DNA of 64,000 nucleotides. Origin: Octopus bimaculoides. Its lineage: Eukaryota. Made by a program: the position numbers and the translations under genes. The stretch is taken from positions 54,184,313 to 54,248,312 of the forward strand of contig NC_068998.1 in assembly GCF_001194135.2 (NCBI RefSeq), written 5' to 3'. A model generated the notes under the pieces. The model had not been told where the DNA came from. It made no database searches and saw only the letters and a list, made by a program, of their open reading frames with translations. Each line of letters opens with the position of its first letter. The stretch's first letter is position 1. Of this stretch, positions 24,201-34,705 are shown piece after piece.

Positions 24201-27200
24201 AAATGCAGGGAATGACTGTATTAAGAGAAATTATTCCAAACTTGAGGGTCACAAGGTTCTTCAGGTGACAATATTTTCTCCATTGGAGTAAAACACAAGG
24301 GACATGATGGAGTAATAAGGTCACAGAAACATTGGAATCAACTAATTTCAATCAAGCAGAACATTTCTTTCTAATGGTTTAACCAACAAAAGGAGTAGTG
24401 GCACCCATGACATTTGCAGAGACTCCAGTTCTGAAGAGGCTTTACCCCAGCCCCTTGGAAAGGACATAGGCCATTGACAACTTTCCTGAACTCTTCTCAA
24501 CTCTAGGCATTTTTTCCTGATTCTCTCCTGTTGGTTTTGAATTCTCATCAATGCTTCTGTAATTTTGCTTTTTCTCCAGATAAGCGTGTTGTCCCTACAT
24601 GTTCCACTGGCACAGCTCTAAGGTATGTAAAACACCATGCTGAAATAAAGACTGGACCTTGTGATAGAGTTCTGGAGATTTGATGGGAGGGGTGGTGGTG
24701 GTGGTGAGTAAGCCACAATTTATGTGTTGCAGAAAGCAGCAAATCAAGATAATGAAGTATCCTTATAGGAGAGGCCTAGGGTTATAATGCTTGTAACAAA
24801 GAGGACATTGTTCAAGACATCCACGGTAAACAAGTTGACCTATCATGTCTCCCATCCTAAAGAGGAAGTAGAAATCATCCAATGAATATCTGCACATTTT
24901 CTGTCGGTTCAATTTCCTTTACTGAAGTTGATTTGTGTGAGTAAATTCCAGAAGGGACTGCCCCAGCATGGCCACAGTCTAATCCCTGAAACAAAAGATG
25001 AATTGTAATTTTTGATTTTCTTTTCGTTATTCAAAGAAAAGGATACAGGAATTACAGAAGCTTCTTTGTAGCCAACATCCATAACTAAACCACATCCTAT
25101 ACCGAGTGTGTAGAGGGGTGTAAGATGAGAAGGGACAAAGTACACAGAGGGAACCTGAGTGAAAAGAAAAGAAATAAGCAATTAAACAACAGAGAAAGAA
25201 AAGCACCGAGTACACTCTGTAAAGTTGTTGGCATTAAGAAAGGTGTCCAGCCATAGTAACCATGCCGAAACATGGTGAAATTTTACTGGTTTATATAAAT
25301 CCTTCCTTATATCTATTATAATTCTCTGCAATGAATTCTTATAAGCTTTATATCTTACCTCAAAATATTGGAACAAAACTTTGGCCAAAGTTTCACGGAA
25401 TACTGTAGGACATAATAAAGATTCACAAACCACAACTCTTCGGTCTTGAGACTTCATAGTAATGTGTCTGCAAGAATAAAAGAAGAAATAAGGAAACAGT
25501 CAACAGAATTACAAATATAGGAATCGAGCTTTGAAAGAATTGAAAAATGCAATTATTGCTGTGGTGCAAGGGATTCTATCTGACCATTGATATTAAACAA
25601 GACCAGTGATGAGGTCAAGTTAAGGAAGTATTTTAACAAAGTGCCCCTCAAATACTGTCCATACTCTGTACTAATCAACGAAAATAGTATCCTAATGCAA
25701 AAGATTATTCGTTACTCCAAAATATAAGACATTCCTCTTATCCCTCTCACCTGTTCCCCTATCCCAACCCTCTTCACATTTAACCTCTGGTGCCTTGAGA
25801 GTACATCCAGGTACCTCATCACTTCCATTTTCTTTCCTTTTCCACCTGAGGTAACCATATATCTCAAGATAACTGTTTTTGTTCCTCCTCTCAACATCTT
25901 GTACAAGCCACCTCCATCAATATTACATCCTACTCAAGCAAGGGGTCTTGTCTTGCAAGTTACCTGGTGACCTCACTAATGCCAGTGAACACAAAAAAGC
26001 AGCCAGTAGTACACTGTGTAGAGTGGTTGGCATTAGAAAGAGCATAAAAATTTTTTATACAAACCTGAAATATAAATGCTTAAGAAATTCTTTCAGATTT
26101 TCGTAAAGTTCTTTGCTGTTTTTATAATCCCAAACATTTTGAGTCTGAAAAATAAAAGAACAAAAGAATAAACAAAATCTATTTTAATAATTTACAAGAA
26201 AATTAAAAAATGATAACATTTGGAAAAGTAATAGAAAACATATATTTCCTATGGCCGAATGGTTAAAATGTATGATTGCCAACCAAGTAGTTTTGGGTTC
26301 AATACTATAGCACAGCACATTAGGCAAGGGTCTTCTACCATAGCTGTAGGTGAACCAATGTGTTTTGAATAAAATTTGGTCAACACAAATTGTGCTTGTG
26401 AGTGTATCTTTCAGTATTAGCAGAGGACTTAAACGTCAAGGCAAAAAAAAAACAAAAAAACATTTTATTCATTTATTTGTTTCAGTCATTTGACTGTGGC
26501 CATGCTGGAGCACTGCCTTTAGTCGAACGAATCAACTGCAGGACTTATTCTTTGTAAACCCAGTATTTATTCTATCGGTCTCTTTTGCCAAACCACTAAT
26601 TTACAGGGATGTAAACTCCAATATAGGTTGTTGAGATGGTGGAGGGACAAACACAAACATATATATATATATATATACCACTGGCTTCTTCTAGTTTCCG
26701 TCTACCAAATCCACTCACAAGGCTTTGGTTGGCCCAAGCCTATAGCTGAAGACACTTGCCCAAGGTGCCATGCAGTGGGACTGAACCTGGAACCATGTGG
26801 TTGAGAAGCAAGCTTCTTACCAGAGCCACACCTGCACTTATATGGCCTGCGCATATATTGGTGCTTCTGAATAAAGAATTTCAAAAAGTAGTAGTGGTTT
26901 TGTTTTGTTTCATACCATTAATAACAACAGCATTGTGAAACACAAACATGGCTTCTAGGCTACAATCAAATGATCAAAACACATAAAAGATTTACATGTC
27001 TCATGTTCCACAAATGTAAACCTAGCGCTGTTAATTACATGTTTCAACTGGCCACCACCAACAAAAGGTTGAAAAATGACATTCCCTTCTCTGCTGCTTC
27101 AATCAGTAAATAAACAGCAACAGACAGAATTAAATGTTTTTAAAAAGTCAAACTGTTTAAATAAGACTGCAATATTCTGCATGAAGAAAATAGAAAAAAA

Positions 27201-28981
27201 AAAAACTCTTTACCTCTCCCTGTCTGTTTTTCACTTGACTAGGAATAATATATCTTGGTCCCATCTCTCCTGCAAAGCCACATCTGAAAAACACAAAATT
27301 ACATATAATTTCAATTTAATATTAGTCCTTTTCTTTTGTCGTGTTATATTATGACAAAAGCTACAAATGGCAAACCACACAAAGCAGCTAACAAACTACC
27401 AAGGGTGTTTTAGATGAGATGCTTGCAATTAGATCAGGCCCTGAAGTTTTTGAATTCCTTGATATTCTTTACAATGTCTGATGTCTACCCTGATGTGCGG
27501 GGGAGGGAGGCTCAAGTTTAGATGGGTGTGTACTCTCCACTTAGAGTTCCCATCTACTTTGTGTTATTTTTAGTGATTAACTTTCAAGAAATATCTGATA
27601 AGAATGCTTCCTTCATGTTGGAGAATAGGTTTGCTGTTGTGCTGTGTACAGTCGAGATAGTAATTGATGCTAATCGTTCAGTACATTGTGTTATGGAAGA
27701 ACCCTGCATCAGCCTCTATATCCCCACAACAAATAAAAAAAAAGGACTTCAGAGAACTCAAAGCATTGCATTACTCAGCATTAGACACCACTCGGAACAC
27801 TTGTCATTCGCTATTCCTTAGATTCAAAAATTTCAATCTCATTCGGATTGAATGGTTCCTCCACTCCTTACCTTGGGCAAGTGTCTTTTACTATAGCCTC
27901 AGGCCGACCAAAGCCTCGTGAGTGGATTTGGTAGACGGAAACTGAAAGAAGACTCATGTATATATGTGTGTGTTTTTGTTTCCTACCACCGCTTGCGACC
28001 GGTGTTGGTGTGTTTACGTCCCCGTAACTTAGCGATTCGGGAAAATAAGTGCTGGGGTGGATTCGTTCGACTTAAATTCAAGGCGGTGCCCCTGCATGGC
28101 CGTAGTCTGATGACTTGAAACAAAAGATAAGTCCCAGAGCACTTCTTCACTCGGGGGTCAGCGATGCTGGGCTGCACATCACCGGAACTCGGTGCAAAAG
28201 AACAGTGACTTTACCCACGGACCGAGTCAGAATCAACAAGCATAGAGAAATAGAGTGGTCAGTGGAACTAATACAATATGTCCAGTCTGTCACACCTCAC
28301 CACCTACGATTTCTGACTGCATGTCGGAGTGTGCAGTAGGGTTTTCACCTAAGCAGAGACATGGCATATCAAGAACAACAGATCTGCGTGGAAGTGGCTA
28401 GCCATTTGACCGATTACACTTATGTATCCATAATCTGCTAAATAACAGCTGACCGGAGGCTAGATAAAAACTGCGTTCTTAAATTTTCAGGTCTTTGTCG
28501 GTTTGACGTCATTTATTAAATAAGTAGGTTTTATGTAATCAGACATCGCAGAAATAAATCATAGATTTTAGATACTGATTGAATTTATCTCCTTAGTGAC
28601 ATTTTCTACGAAACGGTAAATTTATAACAGACGTACAGATGTGTATATATATACCCAAGCAATTTTAAACATAAATTTAACAAATATATTCTTATATGCA
28701 GATAGTTATAGTATATAATTATGGTTATGATATACTTAATAAAATGTATTAGAATGGTAGTGGATATTTAGAAATGATTCATATTTATCGAAAAAATCAC
28801 AAAAACGGAAGTTGCTAACTTCATTTCCATCAACGTTTACAGCTGATTTAAGTGGAGATTTAATGAATTAGGGAAACCATTTGTTGGTAAGGACTTTCTA
28901 ATATATTGTAACTTACTTTGTGTAGGCTGTTCCGATATCAAAAATAACAGCAGGGAACACAGAGGCCTCGTATAACGGCAT
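18431..28981 (-). CDS. ACTR10: Actin-related protein 10 (Arp11, dynactin pointed-end subunit), complete, 13 exons, 388 aa
   Basis: Exons 5'->3': 28917-28981 ([22 protein letters not shown]), 27214-27283 ([15 protein letters not shown]), 26065-26144, 25359-25467 ([29 protein letters not shown]), 25047-25154, 23866-23933, 23368-23447, 22536-22571, 21739-21818, 20780-20853, 19718-19799, 19194-19395 ([18 protein letters not shown]), 18431-18543 (ends [11 protein letters not shown]). All introns are GT-AG, phases are compatible and the total is 1167 nt. Motifs match the Arp10/Arp11 family. Confidence 0.96.
19151..19186 (+). repeat. Interstitial telomeric repeat (TTAGGG)6 in the last ACTR10 intron
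   Basis: Six perfect TTAGGG units starting at intron position +8. Confidence 0.97.
20170..20437 (+). mobile_element. Retroposon 3' segment with (GAT)n tail and CCATGC-CA-GCATGG hairpin (likely RTE 3' UTR or its SINE partner)
   Basis: ...CCGTCCAACCCATGCCAGCATGGAAAGCGGACGTTAAACGATGATGATG. Copies at about 61960-62200 (+) and 22625, 33745, 41225, 42000, 42890, 47905-48215, 52110, 52905, 53420, 54950 (-). Confidence 0.75.
22356..22499. mobile_element. piggyBac-like MITE
   Basis: TTAA-CCCTTTTG (22356-22367) ... CAAAAGGG-TAAA (22488-22499): 8-bp TIRs with a TTAA-like target. Related ends occur at about 34145, 45960, 46740, 47760 and 54600-54820. Confidence 0.6.
23934..25046 (-). other. U12-type (minor spliceosome) GT-AG intron, ACTR10 intron 5
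   Basis: 5' splice site CCT|GTATCCTTTT matches the U12 consensus RTATCCTTT. Branch point TCCTTAAC at 23945-23952 ends 11 nt before the intron 3' end, and there is no pyrimidine tract between branch point and AG. Confidence 0.93.
26470..26835 (-). mobile_element. Full-length copy of the same SINE in ACTR10 intron 2
   Basis: The 3' arm (26470-26655), (TA)n and head (26685-26835) are contiguous. The same arrangement occurs at 34865-35250. Confidence 0.85.
27850..28125 (+). mobile_element. tRNA-derived CORE-like SINE (head/core + internal microsatellite + 3' arm), representative copy
   Basis: B-box remnant, CCTTGGGCAAGTGTC core, GGATTTGGTAGACGGAAACTGAAAGAAG, (TA/TG)n, then 3' arm ...CATGGCCG.AGTC..ATGACT.GAAACAA. 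About 35 whole or half copies occur in the window on both strands. Confidence 0.85.
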
Positions 28982-29249
28982 TTCGGGGTCGGTTTTGGGT
29001 CCAACTTAGAAAACAACGGCCATGATAGAATGACATGGACACGATTCGGTTCGGCTCGGCAATTTACGTATTGACGATTTCTACCGACATTTACCGGGCG
29101 ATTCGGCACAACCCGGTAATTTCCGTCTAGTATTTATATTGTCAAGGACACAGCAGCTCTTACTTGAAGGTCAGCATCGAACCTGTGGTTGTTGTCTCTC
29201 CTGCAGGGATTTGATCGGTTCTAGCACATTTCCAAACATAAACGACGAG
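28982..29249. promoter_or_regulatory. Probable bidirectional promoter / 5' UTRs shared by ACTR10 and PGAM
   Basis: Only 268 bp separate the divergent ATGs (28981 minus, 29250 plus). The segment is visibly CpG-rich, repeat-free and has ETS-like CGGAA/TTCCG cores (28805-28812, ~29117-29126). TSSs cannot be seen. Confidence 0.75.
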
Positions 29250-32169
29250 ATGGCAGCTTATAAAATTGTTTTTGTGAGGCACGGTGAAAGTGAATGGAAT
29301 CAGAAAAACCTTTTCTGTGGTTGGTTTGATGCTGATCTATCAGACACCGGCGTCAATGAAGCTAAAAGTGCTGGAAAGGTATATATAAACATATTTATAC
29401 ATCTCATTACAGTGAACCACCATTTATATATATATACACGCACACAAGGATATATAGTCCTACGGGGAAATCAGTAACCTTAAACCATCGTTTATTTAAG
29501 TATAGGGAAAGGACTGTCAACGTTCGATGTCCAAAACCCCTTTAGGTCTTCCAAGATGTGGATTGTTTCATATTCAGTTTGCAATTTTATTACGGACAGA
29601 AGACAAAAAAGTGTATATTGTTAGAAATAGCAGCTAAATCTCCATCAGTGACATTGTATCAATCAGTCTAACTGATGTGAAGTTTATTGCGTTAAATAAA
29701 AACTGGGATAATTTCGGTTTAATGCCTTTGAAATTAGTCTGATCATTGTAGGTTGACCTGGTGTTAAATAACAATTGAAAATGGGGATATTAATGTATGC
29801 CTGTGATATATATCTAGGAAGAGCTTTATAAATCTATATAATATATATTATATGCACATACACAAAGAAATTGGTATTTAATTTTTATTATTAGATTATT
29901 ATAGGGATTTGCTACTGAGTTTGATAGAGTGATAGAAGAGAAATCTATAAAAGAGCAGCGCCATGGCCTTATAAGGTTTGCTTCTTTGATAGAAATAGAA
30001 AGAGACGAGACATGATGACATCTGCTGCGTCGCTGAAAAATGAAGATTCGAAGACAGAACAACGACGCAATCGCGTCGCTCGACATGGCTTAAATAGCAG
30101 CTAAATATCCCTCAAATTGCAACACAGTTGGCTTAACACGGGAAGAATACCGCTTTGGAGTATGTAATTAATGGGTGTACAAAAATCATAAATTATTTTA
30201 GAAACTACGGTAATGCCGTGATGCAGTAGTCTTGTAGGTCAAGGTTAATTTAGGGGCCAACAATTGTTTCTTTGACCTGTTTATTAATTACACACACACA
30301 CACACACACCTGATATGTGTTATTTTCAGAAGTCTTTTGTTGGTGCTTGATATAAACGAATGGTGCCTTCCTCGATGCTGTACTTTAAACTCTGGTATAT
30401 TCCTATAAAGCATCTTAGATGAAAGGAGTTATAAGAACCTCAAATAAACGGATGTATATATAATGTAGTATATGTGAAGTGCTGTCGTTATATATGGTTT
30501 GTGAAATTCGTAAAATAAATAGAAGATATTCTGAACATTTATTGGGTTTTTTTTCTTGTCAAGAATAATTTTATTTTATAACAACTCTTTTCTACAAAAA
30601 GTTAGGGTGTTGTTTAAACGGTCTCAACGTAATTGTCACTGTTGTTGCCTGTGGTATGTAGGTCAAGGATGTTTGTCAAGGTTGCCAATGAAGGTGAAAC
30701 TGTTTCAATATTGTACTTTGAGATATGTGTGCCGACTGTTACCATTATTATTATTATTATTATTATTTCTGGCCTTGTGCCTATCTTTCAAATTACACTA
30801 TCGTTACAAGCACCGGAAAAATACTTAGTTCTATTTCGGGCTCTTTATTACCTGAGTTCAAATCCCGCCGAAGTCTACTTTGCCTTACATCCCTCCGGGG
30901 CCGATAAAATAAAGTACCAGTCAAGTACCGGGGTCGATTGCACTGACTCACCTTCTCCCTTCAAAATTGTTGGCCTTGTTCCTAAATCGGAAACAATCAC
31001 TGGTTTATTTCTCAACTTAACGGTAAACTGACAGAATCGTCACCGCGTCGGACGAAATGCTCGCAAGCATTTCTTCTGATTCTGTACGTTTCAAATCCAA
31101 AATCCGACAAATTTGTCTTTTATCCTTTCGGGGTCGATAAAATAATTACCAGCTGAGCCCTGAGGTCGCTGCAACTGTCTAACTCCCCACCTCCTCCAAG
31201 AATGGTTGGCCTTGTGCCAACATTTAAAACCCTTATTATTTCTAGCCTTTCGTGACTGTGGGATAACTGTTGATCGATACGGTTTCTGATGTATTTTACT
31301 GTTATTCATTACATCATTGAATATTTCTTTGGTTTGGAAACCATGGTAAATTGTCCAGGGACGATGAGGAGGGCCTCTGTCGTCTTACTCTGACCTTGGA
31401 CAAAAGGCTGAGTACAGATAGATTCCTTAAACGGGGGCAGTTACTGCATCCGAAGTCGAACAGAATAAAATGTTGAAATACATTTTTAAACATTTTATTC
31501 AGTTCGATTGGTGGGGGCCGCTCACTACGAAGTTTTCGCCATCGGCGTCTTGCCTTACCGAAATATCAAGTGATGCTCATGAGGGCGGGTGTTTGGCTGT
31601 TCCTCAGTTTCAGCCACGACATCACTTGCAGTAATGCGGGATTTCTTTCTTTTTTAAATTTTGCGTAACCTTAAACATTTTTAAGGTGGGGAAGGCCTCT
31701 ATCGTAGAGTGTAATGGAGGTAGTGTATATACCTTTTGGACTCAATTTTATCATTATCACCTATTTTTTTGTTATTTGTAAATTATAGTCTTAACGCATA
31801 TTTCATTGGGTTATTGTTGTAGCGTAATCGATCAGACGAGTTTTGGTGGAGCTGACCAAAAGTCTTCTGACCGTGGCGCTCATGTCTTTCTATTTTCTGA
31901 TGTAGTGTATCTAAGACTACATTATCTAATGTATTATGATTTTGGGAAGATTAGGCTGTTGTTTTCAGCAGTTCGGATGATCACATAGAGGTTCGTTCGT
32001 TAGCTAGTAAGCTGTCTGTGTATGTAAGTAACTACGTGATTGTGATCACGTCGCTTTGTGCCATCAAAATATTGGGATTGGCTGTAAGCTCTCTCTCTCT
32101 CTCTCTCTCACTCTCCCTATATATATATATCTATATCTATTTCTCTCTCTTTTTCTCTCNNNNNNNNNN

Positions 32170-32253
<84 letters not shown>

Positions 32254-34674
32254 TTATCTATTTATCTCTATATCTCTCTATCTATCTCGTAATAAAGTTG
32301 AATAAAACAATCCAATATTTTTCTCTTATTGTTTCAAGTTTAAAGCTCGTTGAAGTTGACTTCAATTTTTATCCTTTCGTCGTTAAAAAATACCAGTCAG
32401 TTCCAATTACTCGGGTTAATCCAGACAACAATGAGCGCATCTTACGACGAAATGCGTAGCGTTGTTGCTAAGGCTGTAGTTCAGCGTTCAAATCTTCCCA
32501 GTCGAGTCTTTCATCCTTCTGGAGCAAATAACAAGATGGATTTAATCAACTTCATCTTGACCTCTTCGTGTCGTGTGTCTGTATTATTTGTTTCGGTCAT
32601 TGGACTGCGGCCATGCTGAAGCACCGCTTCGAAGGATTTAGTCGAACAAATCGAATCCATTATTTTGTCCTATCGCTCTCTTTTGCTCGGTTGCTAAGTT
32701 ACTGAGGTGTAAACAAACCAACATCGGTTATCTAGCTCTGGTAGGGATAAAGACGCATGCATATACGACTGTATTCAAATTCCATCAACGTTGAATTTAC
32801 TTTCTTCTGGTGTCGAGGAAAGGAAGAGCCAGTGAGCTACTCGACCTCCCTCCTTAGAAATTCGTGGCCTTGCAACGAAGTTAGAAACGATTTCATTTTA
32901 GATTTGGCAAATAGAATATTGTATTTAGCTGTAGTTTCCATCTACCAAAGTTACTCAGAAAGCATTGGTCAGTCCAAGGCTATAAGTGGAAGACACTCAA
33001 CCAAGATGTCACAGAGAGGAACTGAACCCAAAACCACATGACTGCAAAGCAAGCTTTTTAACCACTCAGCCATGCCTGATTTTGTTTGCTTCATCTTCTT
33101 TTAATCTGTGGATTTGTTAATCAGTTCTGTAAATTTAAATGGGTGAATCATTTTAAAGAAGATTGGCAAACAGATACATTTTTCATTTTATGATAAAATA
33201 ATCCGTTTTTTTTTTGTTTTTTTTCTATTAAATTTAGATGCTGAAAGAAAAGGGTTTCACATTTGATATTGCTTACACAAGTGTATTGAAGAGGGCTATC
33301 AAAACATTATTTCTCATCCAAGAGGAACTTGATCTCCACTGGATCCCTGTAACCAAACACTGGCGATTGAATGAAAGACATTACGGCGCCTTGCAGGGTC
33401 TTAATAAGGCAGAGACTGCCAAAAAGTATGGTGAAGACCAAGTGAAAGTAAGTAGATTGAAGAGTTATTTACAATTGTGATTGATTAATTGATCTTTGTT
33501 GATTTTTTTTTTTTTTTTCTCCAAGTTTGGGCTCCAAGACCAGGAAGATGGGGTTGGCTAAATGTTTTCTGGGAAGCAAACTGACAGCTGCAGAGAAAGA
33601 ATGGACATCATGGTTAATGTTGTGAGGATCTGAAGGGGTGAGAGAGGATGAGTGAGTTGGAAGTGCTTGGGTGGAGGTACCATGAGACTAGACAACTCTG
33701 AGGAGTGGTGACCACAGTAATTAAAACATAATAATTCATCATTGTCGTCATTTTAACACCCACATTTCCATGCTTGCATGGGTTGGATGCCTTCCTGTCA
33801 CCAATCCACACTGGTTTTCCAGCAAGGTAAAATTTCACCATGGCCAGACATGTTTTTGCAAAATATAACACTGGAAATGAACAACATTCATTTGTACCAG
33901 TCACAGGATGTCAAGACAAGTGGGACACACACACATATATATATATAGGACAGGCTTCTTTCTGTTTCTGCCTATCAAATCCAGTCACAAGGCTTTGGCT
34001 ATAATGGAAGGCATTTGGTGCAGTACAATAGAACTGAACTCAAAACCCTGGGGTTTAGAAGTTTTACTAAATTCCTTGAAATTCTCAATATTCAAAATCA
34101 ATTGAAACAAATAAGTGATTTATTTGATGGGAAATATGGTCATGAAAGGGTTAATTGTTTATATCTTTCTTTTCAATTAAAAAAATTTTTTTGAAACATT
34201 TTATATTTTTAAATTTTCAGATTTGGAGACGATCTTACAACATCCCACCTCCAAGTCTAGAAGAAGGTGACCCTCGTTGTGCTAGTAACCAACCTGCTTA
34301 TGCTGTGAGTAACAACCTATTTCATTGTATGAATAACTAAAGTTATCTCACTCAGCCTACTCGTCATTCTTTCCTTGTAAGAACAATAAAAGTCACTAAT
34401 TTATACTCAAATGCTGATAGAAACTATACGAATCTACATGTAAATTATTTTTCCTTTTTAGCATCTCGATAAAAAGCTCATTCCTAAACGTGAATGTCTT
34501 GAAGACACAGTTGCAAGAGCTCTGCCTTTCTGGCATGATGTTATCGTTCCAGCACTGAGGGTAAGGGTCTATTTTGTTTGTTTGACTAACCCCACTGGTT
34601 TAGCCATTTATTGTTTTTGGTTGTACTAAACAGGGACAGTTTTGAGGATATTTAATCTTGATTAATAGGGACAG

Positions 34675-34705
<31 letters not shown>

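Noticed and set aside
24431-24465. CTGAAGA-GGCT..AGCC hairpin followed by GAAA
   Set aside because: Five extra nt lie between stem II and GAAA, and there is no stem I partner.
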